Assembly (NCBI GenBank): GCA_046497275.1
Contig: JAWOFX010000027.1
Span: 1-17,966 of the forward strand
From: Promethearchaeia archaeon
GTDB taxonomy: Archaea; Asgardarchaeota; Lokiarchaeia; Sigyniarchaeales; SOKP01
Direction: 5' to 3'
DNA: 17,966 nt
Shown here: positions 7,718 through 17,800 of the stretch, piece by piece
Numbering within the stretch: position 1 is the stretch's first letter
Layout of the letters: each line of letters starts with the position of its first letter
Position numbers and translations under genes: made by a program
Notes under the pieces: model-generated
What the model saw: only the letters and a program-made list of their open reading frames with translations
Told to the model about the DNA's origin: nothing
Databases searched by the model: none

Positions 7718-9091
7718 ATGGAAGCAAAGAATTGTTTTATAAATGAGGATAATGTAATTCTCTCCACAGATTTTTACCAAATTACAATGTGTGCGGCATA
7801 TTATCAATATAATTTAGAAAATAATATAGAAGAGAAAGACGACATAGCAACATTTGAACTCTTCGTTCGAAAATTTCCTAAAAATCGGAATTTCCTGATT
7901 TTTGCGGGATTAGAACAAGTTCTCCATTATATACAGAACGCTCGCTTCACCCCAAGAGTTATTGAATACTTAAAAGGGAGAGAGATGCTTGAAAAGATTG
8001 ATGACAGTTTCTTTGATGAATATCTTCCTAATTTTAAATATAACCTTGATATCTGGGCTATGCCAGAAGGAACCGTATTTTTTCCAAATGAACCAATTGT
8101 ACGAGTGACTGGTCCTATGTTTCACGCTCAATTGCTAGAAACTTATATTTTAAGTGTAATCAATTATCAAACGATTGTAGCATCTAAAGCAGCAAGGATA
8201 AGAAAAGCAGCAAAAGATAAATTAGTATTAGAATTTGGAACCCGAAGAGCACATAGTCCCCAAGCAGGGATATATGCTGCAAGAGCAAGTTATATCGGAG
8301 GGTTTGATGGCACGAGTAATGTTGTATCTGACTTAGAGCTAGGTATTGAGGCGTCAGGAACGATGGCCCATAGTTTTATAGAAAAATTTGGTGAAATGGA
8401 AAGTTTTGAAATTTTTTACAAATATTATGGTAAAAATACTATCAATTTAATTGATACCTATGATATAAAAGAAGGCACCTTGAAATCTACCAAGTTTGGA
8501 AATAAGATTTTAGGAGTGAGGATCGACTCTGGAGATCTTGCAAAAGAAACAAAGCGAGTAAGACAAATTTTAGATGAGAATGGCTGTGAGGAAGTAAAGA
8601 TTGTATTAAGTTCAAATTTAGATGAATATAAAATCAAAGAAATCCTGGACAAAGGCGCTCCTGCTGATGCCTTTGGTGTTGGGACAGAATTGGTGACTTC
8701 AAGTGATGACCCGACTCTGAGTGCGGTATATAAACTTATGGAACATAATGGAGAGCCAAAGATAAAAATAAGCGAGGGGAAAAAAACCTATCCCAGTCGA
8801 AAGCAAGTTTACCGAAAATTCGATAAGTACGGCAAATTTACAAAAGATATATTAATGCTGGAAGATGAAGAACCTCCGAAAAATGCATTTCCCTTGCTTG
8901 TCCCTATTATGAAAAGTGGTAAATTAATTTATGAGCTCCCGAGTTTGGATGAAATAAAAGAATATCGTGCTGATAATATAGATAAACTCCCAGAGAAATA
9001 TAGGCAATTAAAGCAAATTAAGGTGGAAAAATTAAGAATCTCAGAAAAATTAGATAAACTTATGGACTCACTTATTAAGAAATATGAGTAA
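7718..9091 (+). CDS. pncB: Nicotinate phosphoribosyltransferase
   Basis: STDFYQITM, EFGTRRAH, GTMAHSF (phospho-His), GVRIDSGDL, FGVGTELVT and KTYPSRKQVYR motifs. GAGGA RBS. Confidence 0.95.
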   Translation: MEAKNCFINEDNVILSTDFYQITMCAAYYQYNLENNIEEKDDIATFELFVRKFPKNRNFLIFAGLEQVLHYIQNARFTPRVIEYLKGREMLEKIDDSFFDEYLPNFKYNLDIWAMPEGTVFFPNEPIVRVTGPMFHAQLLETYILSVINYQTIVASKAARIRKAAKDKLVLEFGTRRAHSPQAGIYAARASYIGGFDGTSNVVSDLELGIEASGTMAHSFIEKFGEMESFEIFYKYYGKNTINLIDTYDIKEGTLKSTKFGNKILGVRIDSGDLAKETKRVRQILDENGCEEVKIVLSSNLDEYKIKEILDKGAPADAFGVGTELVTSSDDPTLSAVYKLMEHNGEPKIKISEGKKTYPSRKQVYRKFDKYGKFTKDILMLEDEEPPKNAFPLLVPIMKSGKLIYELPSLDEIKEYRADNIDKLPEKYRQLKQIKVEKLRISEKLDKLMDSLIKKYE

Positions 9092-9337
9092 TCGTTTTAT
9101 CTTCTTCTTAGGAGAGGTTAAATCTGATCTTATCAAAATTCACCTATCGTAAAGACATTGACTAATGACTTTCACGTAGTTCTCTTTGCCTATTTTTATA
9201 TATTTTTCTCATAAATTTTGCGATTTAGGAAAAATTACACAAAGATTTTAGTATCAAAATTTAAATATCTCTCAATATTCTTCTTAAGTGAATAATTATT
9301 CAATAATTGTTCAAAATCAATTTCATGGTGGTTTAAA

Positions 9338-9526
9338 GTGTCAAGCCGATTAGTAGTTAAAGAAGAGGATAAACTCGATAAGAAACATAAATATAGATCA
9401 CAAACAGAAGTTAAGAAACGATGCTGGGGATGTGGAAAAGAAGTTACAGAAGGATATATGGTATTTAATGATTCTTCGTCCCGTATGATATTTTTATGTG
9501 AAAATTGCTCTGACAAATTTCTTTAA
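9338..9526 (+). CDS. Small zinc-finger protein (CxxC...CxxC)
   Basis: 62 aa with CWGC and CENC. GTG start preceded by GGTGG. Confidence 0.7.
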   Translation: MSSRLVVKEEDKLDKKHKYRSQTEVKKRCWGCGKEVTEGYMVFNDSSSRMIFLCENCSDKFL

Positions 9527-9862
9527 AATTAATCTTTGAATAGTCCAAAATTTCCTAACCTTTCTATTCTTTTTTTCTTTTTTCTCAAAGGCTCATTCAA
9601 TTCTTTTTCGTATTTATTATTTTTAATATGAATGGTCTGAAGTACCTTTGGAAAGTTATTCTGAATTATGTTCAGTCAAGAAAAATTACAGAATATAAGA
9701 TGAAATCGAAATAATCTGCATACATTTCAGAAAATTCTTGAATCTTTTACATGTTTTTAAATCTTTTAACCAATGGTCCATAGTGAATAGACTATAAAAG
9801 GTTGATATTTAAACAACAATAAATTAGCGTTATTGAAAAACATTAATAAAAAAGAAAAGAAA

Positions 9863-10633
9863 ATGGAAAAAACAAGATTTACTCGGGAATTTGAAGACTT
9901 TGGCATTAAAATGTATGTCCTCGCAATTTTATCCATAATAAGCATTTTTACCAGTGGAATTGTCCAATTGGCAATGTTTATTATTATGTTAGCAGCACTC
10001 AGTGACATCAAGAATGCCAATTTAGAAATGCAAAACGAGAAGTTAGAGAAGTTTCGAAAATACATCATATATTCGGTAATCGTAGGAATCGTTGGAACTA
10101 TATTAATCATTGTGATTGCTGCCATTATAGGAATTCTATTTATATCGTCAATCCCAGGATTTACATTCAGTTCACCCATTACAGTACCAGAATTTCAACA
10201 AATTTCACCATTGATTCGAATTCTTTTAATGGTATTATTTGGAGGGGTACCGGTAGGTGCTATTTCTTTAGGACTTCTAATTATGGCATGGAATAATTTC
10301 TATCTTTTCCTAGAGAATAATTCTGGATTGTTCCCAAGTATTGTTGCTGAAAAAGCTAAAGAAGGGGCGGGGAAAATAAAAAAATCGTATCTATATCTTT
10401 TAATTTCGCTTATTATTAGTGAGATTTTAGTTTTAATTGCGATTTTTATATATCCCCAAATCGAAGCATTGATTATTGACTTCATTGGAGGGTCCACTCC
10501 TTCATTGGGACAACTTGGAGGTATTATCGCGATTTTTGCCATTCCAGGTCTTGGAATTGCGATTCTTGGACTAGCAAGTTTCATTTTAATGATTCTTGGC
10601 TATTTCAAGCTTTCAGAATTAAAACATCTTTAA
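9863..10633 (+). CDS. Integral membrane protein of unknown function
   Basis: Several long hydrophobic segments in two similar halves. The ATG at 9863 (MEKTRF) is preferred over the TTG at 9833, which would add an A-tract-derived Lys-rich leader. Confidence 0.8.
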   Translation: MEKTRFTREFEDFGIKMYVLAILSIISIFTSGIVQLAMFIIMLAALSDIKNANLEMQNEKLEKFRKYIIYSVIVGIVGTILIIVIAAIIGILFISSIPGFTFSSPITVPEFQQISPLIRILLMVLFGGVPVGAISLGLLIMAWNNFYLFLENNSGLFPSIVAEKAKEGAGKIKKSYLYLLISLIISEILVLIAIFIYPQIEALIIDFIGGSTPSLGQLGGIIAIFAIPGLGIAILGLASFILMILGYFKLSELKHL

Positions 10634-10729
10634 CTTTTTTTTTTCTTAAACCCTCTAATAGAATTTTTAATTCCATTTTTTCTTTAAATACGACTGGAGT
10701 CTCATATCTTTAAAAAAATATTTAGAATA

Positions 10730-11119
10730 ATGATCAGTCAAAAAAAATTTAAGATTATCGAGATCGAAGAGACTCGAATTGAACTCTCAGATCTCTCATT
10801 ATTTGAGATTTTCCGAGATGTATTAGATGAACATGCTAAAGGTACAATCAACTTGTTAAAAGAGGATACCTTGCTCTATCTCTTGTACTTTGTAGAATTT
10901 CATGAGCGGGATATTGCAAGAAGCTTTCTAAGGGAGGCAGAATGTCTCATGCGCACTCAAGCCTATATAGAAGATTTTGGTTATAAAAGACTTGCCTACT
11001 TGTTAAAGCAAATGCGTGGGCAGCTTTTATGTGATTATTTCGTATTTGGGTCAATTTTTATCACCAGAGATAATCTCATGGTCAATGATAAATTATATAT
11101 TCGTCAGATTTTAGACTAA
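10730..11119 (+). CDS. Hypothetical protein (129 aa)
   Basis: Uninterrupted ORF with a helical, charged composition. No motif recognised. Confidence 0.65.
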   Translation: MISQKKFKIIEIEETRIELSDLSLFEIFRDVLDEHAKGTINLLKEDTLLYLLYFVEFHERDIARSFLREAECLMRTQAYIEDFGYKRLAYLLKQMRGQLLCDYFVFGSIFITRDNLMVNDKLYIRQILD

Positions 11120-11437
11120 CATGATTTAATACATTGAAAAAAATAGTGGTTTTTAGATCATTACTACCGTCCAGTAAAATTTATTAAACTTTCCGAGGTT
11201 TTTTAATAAAAACGATCTTTTCTATAGAGTTCTTATTTTATATCATTTTATAATCATATACGATGGGTTTGATATATTTCATATCTTTATCACCATTTTA
11301 CCCCACTTTAATTCATAGATACTATCTTATTCAAAATAAAACCTCTTAAGTAAGACATAGTTCAAAAAACCACTGTTCAATAGTATGATTTGTTTGAAAG
11401 GTTTTTAAAGGAATCTATATATTTTTATTATAAAAAA

Positions 11438-11457
11438 TTGGTATAATTTTATACCAA
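11438..11457. promoter_or_regulatory. Perfect 9-2-9 inverted repeat, putative operator upstream of tes
   Basis: TTGGTATAA-TT-TTATACCAA sits directly after a TATA-like tract (tttttattataaaaa, about 11422-11436) and 96 nt before the tes start. Confidence 0.6.
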
Positions 11458-11553
11458 CTATAATAATATTAATTGTAAGAAAGAGTTAAAAATATTTAAG
11501 CACTTTAAATATTAAATAGAAATTTATTTGATTAAAAAATTAGGTGAATTAGA

Positions 11554-13305
11554 TTGTACCATTTAGACGGATCGGATATATTAGAAGAAAAATATTACCA
11601 TAAAACAAAGAGTGTTTGCCCTGAATGTTTGGGCAAAATTGACGCAGAAGTGTTCGAGGAAGATGGTGAGATCTGGATGAAAAAAACCTGTCCAGAACAC
11701 GGAGATTTTAAAGATAAAATCAGCTCATCCGCGAAATATTACAAATGGACCCATTATGCCCATAAAGACAAAAATGGGAATGTTGATTGGAAGTTTTTGA
11801 AAAATGGAGAGGCAAATCCTCCAGATTGTATAGGAGAAGATCCTCGTGGATGTCCTTATAATTGTGGTTTATGCGAGGAACATAAATCAACATGTACATT
11901 ATTGCTTATTGACCTTACAAATAGATGTAATTTCAATTGTAGTTTTTGTTATGCAAATGTAAGAAAGGCAGGATATCTTATTGAACCCTCCTTAGAAGAA
12001 CTTGATAGAATTATGAAACATTTTCGAGAAAAACCTATTCCAGCGCCAGCGATTATGTTTGCGGGTGGAGAACCAACTGTAAGAGCAGATTTTCCAGAAA
12101 TTTGTAAAATGGCGAAAGATAATGGATTTAAAGAAGTGATCTGCGCAACAAATGGATTTGGGTTTCAAAGGAAAAAGGGCGGACTTGAATTTACAAAAGA
12201 ATGTTTTGAGAATGGATTAGATACATTATATTTACAATTTGATGGAATAAATAATGTTACATTAGAAAAAACTCGTGGAATTAAAAACTTATTTCCATAT
12301 AAACAACGAGTGATTGAAAATTGTCGAAAAGCAGGATTAACGTCTATTGTGTTAGTCCAAACTGTTGTGAAAGGGATTACAGATTTAGAGATTGGAAATG
12401 TAATTCAATATGCGATTGACAATATTGATGTAGTGAGAGGTATCGTATATCAACCTGTATCTTTATGCGGTAGAATTACAGCTGAAGATATGATGGATAT
12501 ACGGATCACGAATGCGGATGTTATTAAAGAAGTAGATAAGCAAACAAATGGCAAAGTAGGTATTGAAAATGCATGGTATCCTCTAAGCACTATTGTAGAG
12601 CTTGGTAGAATCATCGCATATCTAGCCGACGTTGAGCCAGTAGAGTTTACATGCCATCCTGATTGTGGTTTCGCTACATACTTGGTTGTTGATCCAGATA
12701 CTGATCAGATGGTCCCAATCATGGAATATTTTGATCCATTAAAAATTGTAAATTTTGCAAACAAATTCTGGGAAAAAATTAAAAACAAAGAGAAAGAACC
12801 AATCAAATTTTTCGAGAGTATTCTCGGGGAAGCTGGAGCACCATTAGATAAAGGACTAAATTGGCTGGATAAACAACAATTACGAGCAAGATTTTTAGCA
12901 GGAATGCTCCAATATACGAAAAAGCCAGGGAAACTTATGGAAATGTTCACCAGAATTCTTTTAAACGGAGAATGGGAGAGTATTAGTGCATTCACTCATG
13001 GAAGCTTATTAATCGGGTCGATGCATTTCCAAGATGCATATAACATGGATATTGAGAGAACAAGCAGATGTATTGTTCATTTTGGAGTTGCGATGCCTGA
13101 TGGGAGCGTGTTTGAATCCCCCTTCTGTACCATGAATACCTTACACAGACCGCGTATAGAAAAAATGGTGGCTAAAAAACTCACTGCGAAAGTAGAAAAT
13201 GAGTTTGACACCTCAAAAGGAATTAAAGTAGGGGAAGTGTCTCAACAAGATTTAATGCAACAACAAGAAGTAGCCCATAATGGTGGAACAAAAAAGGAGG
13301 AATAG
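11554..13305 (+). CDS. tes: Radical SAM tetraether lipid synthase (Tes / GDGT-MAS, MJ0619 family)
   Basis: N-terminal rubredoxin-like CPEC...CPEHG and auxiliary CPYNCGLC. SAM motif CNFNCSFC, plus GGEPT and YLQFDG. C-terminal cluster FTCHPDCG...RCIVH...PFCTMN. TTG start with GGTGA RBS at 11543-11547. Confidence 0.88.
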   Translation: MYHLDGSDILEEKYYHKTKSVCPECLGKIDAEVFEEDGEIWMKKTCPEHGDFKDKISSSAKYYKWTHYAHKDKNGNVDWKFLKNGEANPPDCIGEDPRGCPYNCGLCEEHKSTCTLLLIDLTNRCNFNCSFCYANVRKAGYLIEPSLEELDRIMKHFREKPIPAPAIMFAGGEPTVRADFPEICKMAKDNGFKEVICATNGFGFQRKKGGLEFTKECFENGLDTLYLQFDGINNVTLEKTRGIKNLFPYKQRVIENCRKAGLTSIVLVQTVVKGITDLEIGNVIQYAIDNIDVVRGIVYQPVSLCGRITAEDMMDIRITNADVIKEVDKQTNGKVGIENAWYPLSTIVELGRIIAYLADVEPVEFTCHPDCGFATYLVVDPDTDQMVPIMEYFDPLKIVNFANKFWEKIKNKEKEPIKFFESILGEAGAPLDKGLNWLDKQQLRARFLAGMLQYTKKPGKLMEMFTRILLNGEWESISAFTHGSLLIGSMHFQDAYNMDIERTSRCIVHFGVAMPDGSVFESPFCTMNTLHRPRIEKMVAKKLTAKVENEFDTSKGIKVGEVSQQDLMQQQEVAHNGGTKKEE

Positions 13306-13316
13306 GTGAGTGAAAA

Positions 13317-13595
13317 ATGTCTCAAGAAGAAGTTGTAACAAAAGATGGATTAAAAATTAGGAAATTAGTTGATTTAAAAGCCACTACTGCAGAAGAATAT
13401 CAAGAAGCAATGCTTCATAGAGTTGAACACTTCTCAAAACGGAAAGATTCCGTATTTAATGATTTTGTAGAAAACACCATCGTCCAAGGATTGAAACTAG
13501 CATTAAATGCTAAAGTTCAAGTGGACAAGATGTTAGGAGAAAACAAAGAAAAAATTCAAGAGATGCTTGAGAAAGTACTCTTTCTCGGGCTATAA
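13317..13595 (+). CDS. Small hypothetical protein translationally coupled to tes
   Basis: 92 aa, predicted helical. Starts 11 nt after the tes stop, and its GGTGA RBS overlaps that stop (TAGGTGAG). Confidence 0.8.
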   Translation: MSQEEVVTKDGLKIRKLVDLKATTAEEYQEAMLHRVEHFSKRKDSVFNDFVENTIVQGLKLALNAKVQVDKMLGENKEKIQEMLEKVLFLGL

Positions 13596-13714
13596 CTGAT
13601 TTTAATTTATATTTTATTTCTATCCTTTTTATTGTTTTTTTTAAGAAATAATTCATATAAGAGTTTAAGTAATGCGAATTGTTTTTTAAGAGTAAATCGT
13701 TCATAGAGGTAATA

Positions 13715-14800
13715 ATGACGTGGAATTATCTTTTGATTTCAGTGAGTGTGATATTTATTGCCAACGCCTTCGGTCAATTATATTATGCGATTATTTTAAA
13801 AAAGAAATTTCCAAAAGACCACAATTTTATTAATAGTATATTAACCTTCATTTTATGGATAGTCGCAGGAATTTTTTATCCATTTTATTTTTGGCCACAT
13901 TCAGATGACTTGATCTTATTTGAAGTGCTCTCAGTATTATTTATTTGTATTTTTACCCCTGTAATGATTTTTCTAGTGATACTTTATCAATATTTTATAA
14001 TAATCAGAAAAAATTCTGAGATAAAAGAAAAAAGAACTATTCATCTTTTTTTGGACAGGTTTGATAGGGAAAAAAATAGTCGTAATTTAAAGGATTCTCA
14101 CACTCTAAAAATTGATGTATATAGAAAAGCATTACATCTATTTCCAGCGCTCGTGATTATTTTTCTATGGACTTTTGCTGTGTATATTTGGGATGGAGTT
14201 TGGAATGCAGATCTATTTTGGGGAATATCAGGAAGACAATTTGGAAGATTTTTGATAATCACTGCGGGATATTCAGGCATATTGGTATTTGCAGCTCTAG
14301 ATTATATTAGGTTATCCTATATATTTCCTAAAAAGAATTTATTTCATTTTCTTCCTAACAATGTATTAGATCTATTAGCTAAGTCAATGAAAAGAAGGGA
14401 AATATTCGAATTCACAAAACCCGTAGCTTTAGTTCTTGCGTTTACTCCCATTTTCTTTTTACCGTTTGGCATATTTTCTTCTATAGCTTTAATTTCAACG
14501 ATCGGTGATGGGGCAGCTTCATTAATGGGATTAAAGTATGGAAAAAAACATTTCCCAAAGGATAGTAAAAAAACATGTGTTGGGTATCTTTCTGGTATTC
14601 TCACTTCATTTATCGTGTGTTTTGTATCTCTTTTTTTATTTCAACCCATATTAAATTTTCAAGAAATTATAATACTTTCGGTGATAGGAAGTATATCATT
14701 TCTCATCATAGATTTATCTAATCTCAATATTGATGATAATATTCTCAATCCTCTCTTTTGCGGATTTATGGTGGGATTCGTTTATTTGGTCTTTTTTTAG
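13715..14800 (+). CDS. CTP-dependent polyprenol kinase family membrane protein (phytol/farnesol/dolichol kinase-like) with extra N-terminal TM region
   Basis: RKALHL, IGDGAASLMGLKYGK, KKTCVG and DDNILNP motifs of the SEC59/VTE5 family. GAGGT RBS favours the ATG at 13715 over the track's 13679. Confidence 0.8.
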   Translation: MTWNYLLISVSVIFIANAFGQLYYAIILKKKFPKDHNFINSILTFILWIVAGIFYPFYFWPHSDDLILFEVLSVLFICIFTPVMIFLVILYQYFIIIRKNSEIKEKRTIHLFLDRFDREKNSRNLKDSHTLKIDVYRKALHLFPALVIIFLWTFAVYIWDGVWNADLFWGISGRQFGRFLIITAGYSGILVFAALDYIRLSYIFPKKNLFHFLPNNVLDLLAKSMKRREIFEFTKPVALVLAFTPIFFLPFGIFSSIALISTIGDGAASLMGLKYGKKHFPKDSKKTCVGYLSGILTSFIVCFVSLFLFQPILNFQEIIILSVIGSISFLIIDLSNLNIDDNILNPLFCGFMVGFVYLVFF

Positions 14801-14861
14801 CGATGTGATAAAATAAAATGAGAGATTTCTTTTTTAATAGTGAAGCCCCTACAAAAGAAGA

Positions 14862-17800
14862 TTAAAAAAAGGCATCCATTTTTTTTATTCCTTTAATTTC
14901 TTGCCAAGTGATTCCCAGCGCATCTAAGACTTGTTCAAGAGCAGATTTTAATAATTCTCGATATTTTTTTACATCAATATCTTGTAACTTCGCGATTTCA
15001 GTCGCCTTTGCTCCATTTGAGGTTTTAGTCTTTACAAAAGAGATCATTTCACCTTTTTGGTATTCTTTACCTGTTATTTCCCTAAGTTCTAAAGCCGCCG
15101 CAATATGTTGAGGAGTGACTTTATATTTATTTAAGTTTTTTGTAATTGCGGTATTAATTGCATAATCTGATAAATCAAATGCTCCTTCTTTTCCGATTTT
15201 TCTAAGATTTTCTCGTACAATAGTTACTATTTGGTCTCTTTTTTCTTTGAATTCATCATCATTTGTAATTTGTTTTAATATTTCAATTAATTCTGCGAAG
15301 ATTGTCTTTATAAACTCTGGGGTATTTCGTTTTTTCGCTAACAAACCCTTGATATCGGGATATTTAGAATCTTTGTAAATTCCAATATAATTTTTCTTAC
15401 GTTCTGAAAGGGCTAAGAATTGATAGGTTTTTTCTTCCTCAAGATCAAGGTCCAATTCTTTCTTACTCCATTCAGATATTTTATTCAGTTGTTCTTCTGA
15501 GGGATTAGCTAAAAATACACTATCAGTATTATGTAATAAAATCATTCCACAAGCATCAATAAACATCTCAGTATTTTCAACTGATAAATCATAAACATAT
15601 CTTTCTTTAGTAGGCAATTTAGATAATTTTGTTTTTATAGGATGCATAGAATCAATAGCTCGTTCTCTTTCTCTTATTCTATAGACATCTCGCTTTTTAT
15701 AATAATAAATTGAAGTATCTATCTTCCAAGATTTAAGTAGATAGCATAATCCACTAACAAGTCTCAATGATTTAGTTGTAAATGCATTTTTACCTTGTTC
15801 TACACTCCCATCTCCAATTAAATAGTATTGATAAAGAAACTTTTGAAATTTCTTTTTAACATTAAAAATAAAAGATGGAAGATGTTTGTTTTTACTTCCA
15901 GCACCACATAAACTTCTAAAAAACGCCATCCAAGTGGTACTATTCATTTGAATTTTATGAGTTTTATCTTCATATTCATATCCTTGAATTTTTCTAATTC
16001 CTTTACTTGTGCGTATAATGCTAATTGTATGGTTATAATCAATATGCTTTATGATTTTCTTAATTTCATTTAAAAAGGAAATATCATGGCTTGATATGCC
16101 TGCTCCTGATTTGTACCCATATTTACTTTTATGGATTGATGAATGTCCATCGGCAATATAAATGCCAAGTATCTTACAAAGATCACTTAGGTTACAATAT
16201 CTATGTATTTTTTTTTGATCTTTCCTATTAGTCCATCCAAACCATATGTAATTCTCATCAGCGTTCCATTTATTGAGCTTTTTCTTCCCTTTATATTGAG
16301 AGTAATAATGATAATGTTTTACCAAAGGATATAGGTCAATTGTTTCATTCAAAATAGAAGGTTCATAAGGTGTTTCATTTAGAAATAAGATCTTTTTATT
16401 CTCGATCTCTTCTAGTTTAATTGGTTGATAATCTTCTGTAATTAATGAATGATCTTCGGTACAAATTGTTTCTCCATTCTTTTGGTTCACGCGATATATA
16501 TCTTTATTAGTTTTATGACGAATAATTTGTTTTATTTTTTGCCATTTTCCATTTTTACTTAAGGTATACATTGAAATAGGTTCTTTAATCTCTTTTCCAT
16601 TTATGATTTGAATAGAAGCACTACAATTATGCCACACTTCTTCAATTGGTGTTACATCAATTAATTCATTTTCCTTTATTACTACACATCGACTCCCAAT
16701 GACACTGTCCCCATAAAGCACATCCACACCCATACTCTCAGCTTTTTCTATAGTTTTTTTAATTGAATACTGTCCTATCCCGGTTGTGCTTTCTGCGACT
16801 GGTAAGCAAAAAAGTGGAAAATTTCGACTACCAAACACACCATATGAATTATGCACTACTATACCATTAGTGGCAATGAACCATCCATTAGCAGTCTCAA
16901 TATCATAAACTTTAATCTCTTTTACAATTTTCTTAATATCTTTAATCCTAACTGGTGTTGTTCCGTTAAAATTAACTAAACCATGAGCTTTTCTTCGATA
17001 TTTTCTTCCTTCTGTTTGAATTATTCGATATATATCTGTGGGTTTTTTAGGATTAACAACTGAGCAATAACCATCTAATGCCCCAATGAGGTAAACTAGA
17101 TCATTCTTAAGTTGTTTACTCTTAGTAGAATAACGAATCCATTTCCCTTTTTTTAAATTACCATCACCGAGGTAATAATTTTTAAGCAAGAATTTTGCTC
17201 TTTTATAATCCAATAATTCTAATGGTATTTTTTTATTAGCTGCTCCTTTTGAACAAAATCTAATGAACAATTGCTTAAGCACTTTTGAATTAATCCTTAT
17301 ATTCTTCTTATTATCATAAGTAAATGGATATTCTAGAGATTTTAATAAAGAGATTATATAATTATATCGTTTAGGATGCAATTTCTTTTTTTGAGTTATT
17401 GAGATTCGGTTTTTATCAATACTCCCCTCCGCAATATACCAACCAAGTAAACCAAAAAATTCAATTGTCAGATCTAGAAAACAAAATATCCACTTACCAG
17501 ATTCTTCTCCATATTTTACAGAAAAATGTAAATCATAATTTATAGATTCTTTCTCAATTAACTTTTTTTCAGAGGTTTCTAATTCATCCCATAAACATTT
17601 GTAAATTTTACTTACTTTTGAATATTTGAACTTTGAATTTATCAAATTGATAATTGGATTATCTTTTGATTCATTTGTTCTATATGAATATTTCTTATAT
17701 TCCTTTCTTTCCAAGGAGACCCATAAATTATTAGTTGGAATATAATTTGGAATAAAAATCTTTTTTGGAGGATTATTATTTAATGGATTTTTATGAAAAA

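Noticed and set aside
11236-11295. 14-codon minus-strand ORF MKYIKPIVYDYKMI with a GGTGA upstream
   Set aside because: Too short to support from sequence alone, and the downstream frames give no coherent continuation.
11145-11374. Possible MITE bounded by AGTGGTTTTT / AAAAACCACT
   Set aside because: Only a 10-bp low-complexity inverted match with no target-site duplication. About one such match is expected by chance in AT-rich DNA of this length.
11554-13305. Radical SAM gene as a RiPP maturase for the repeat microproteins, or as a methanopterin methyltransferase
   Set aside because: The Cys motifs match the Tes/GDGT-MAS family, not SPASM/twitch maturases, and the gene is over 5 kb from the microproteins. 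The methyltransferase label is the older annotation of this family.
7390-15111. Track ORFs 7390-7614, 8458-8652, 9235-9516, 9766-10179, 10300-10584, 12705-12995, 13510-13704, 14098-14280, 14344-14604 and 14908-15111
   Set aside because: They overlap stronger opposite-strand genes, and their composition is typical of antisense frames.
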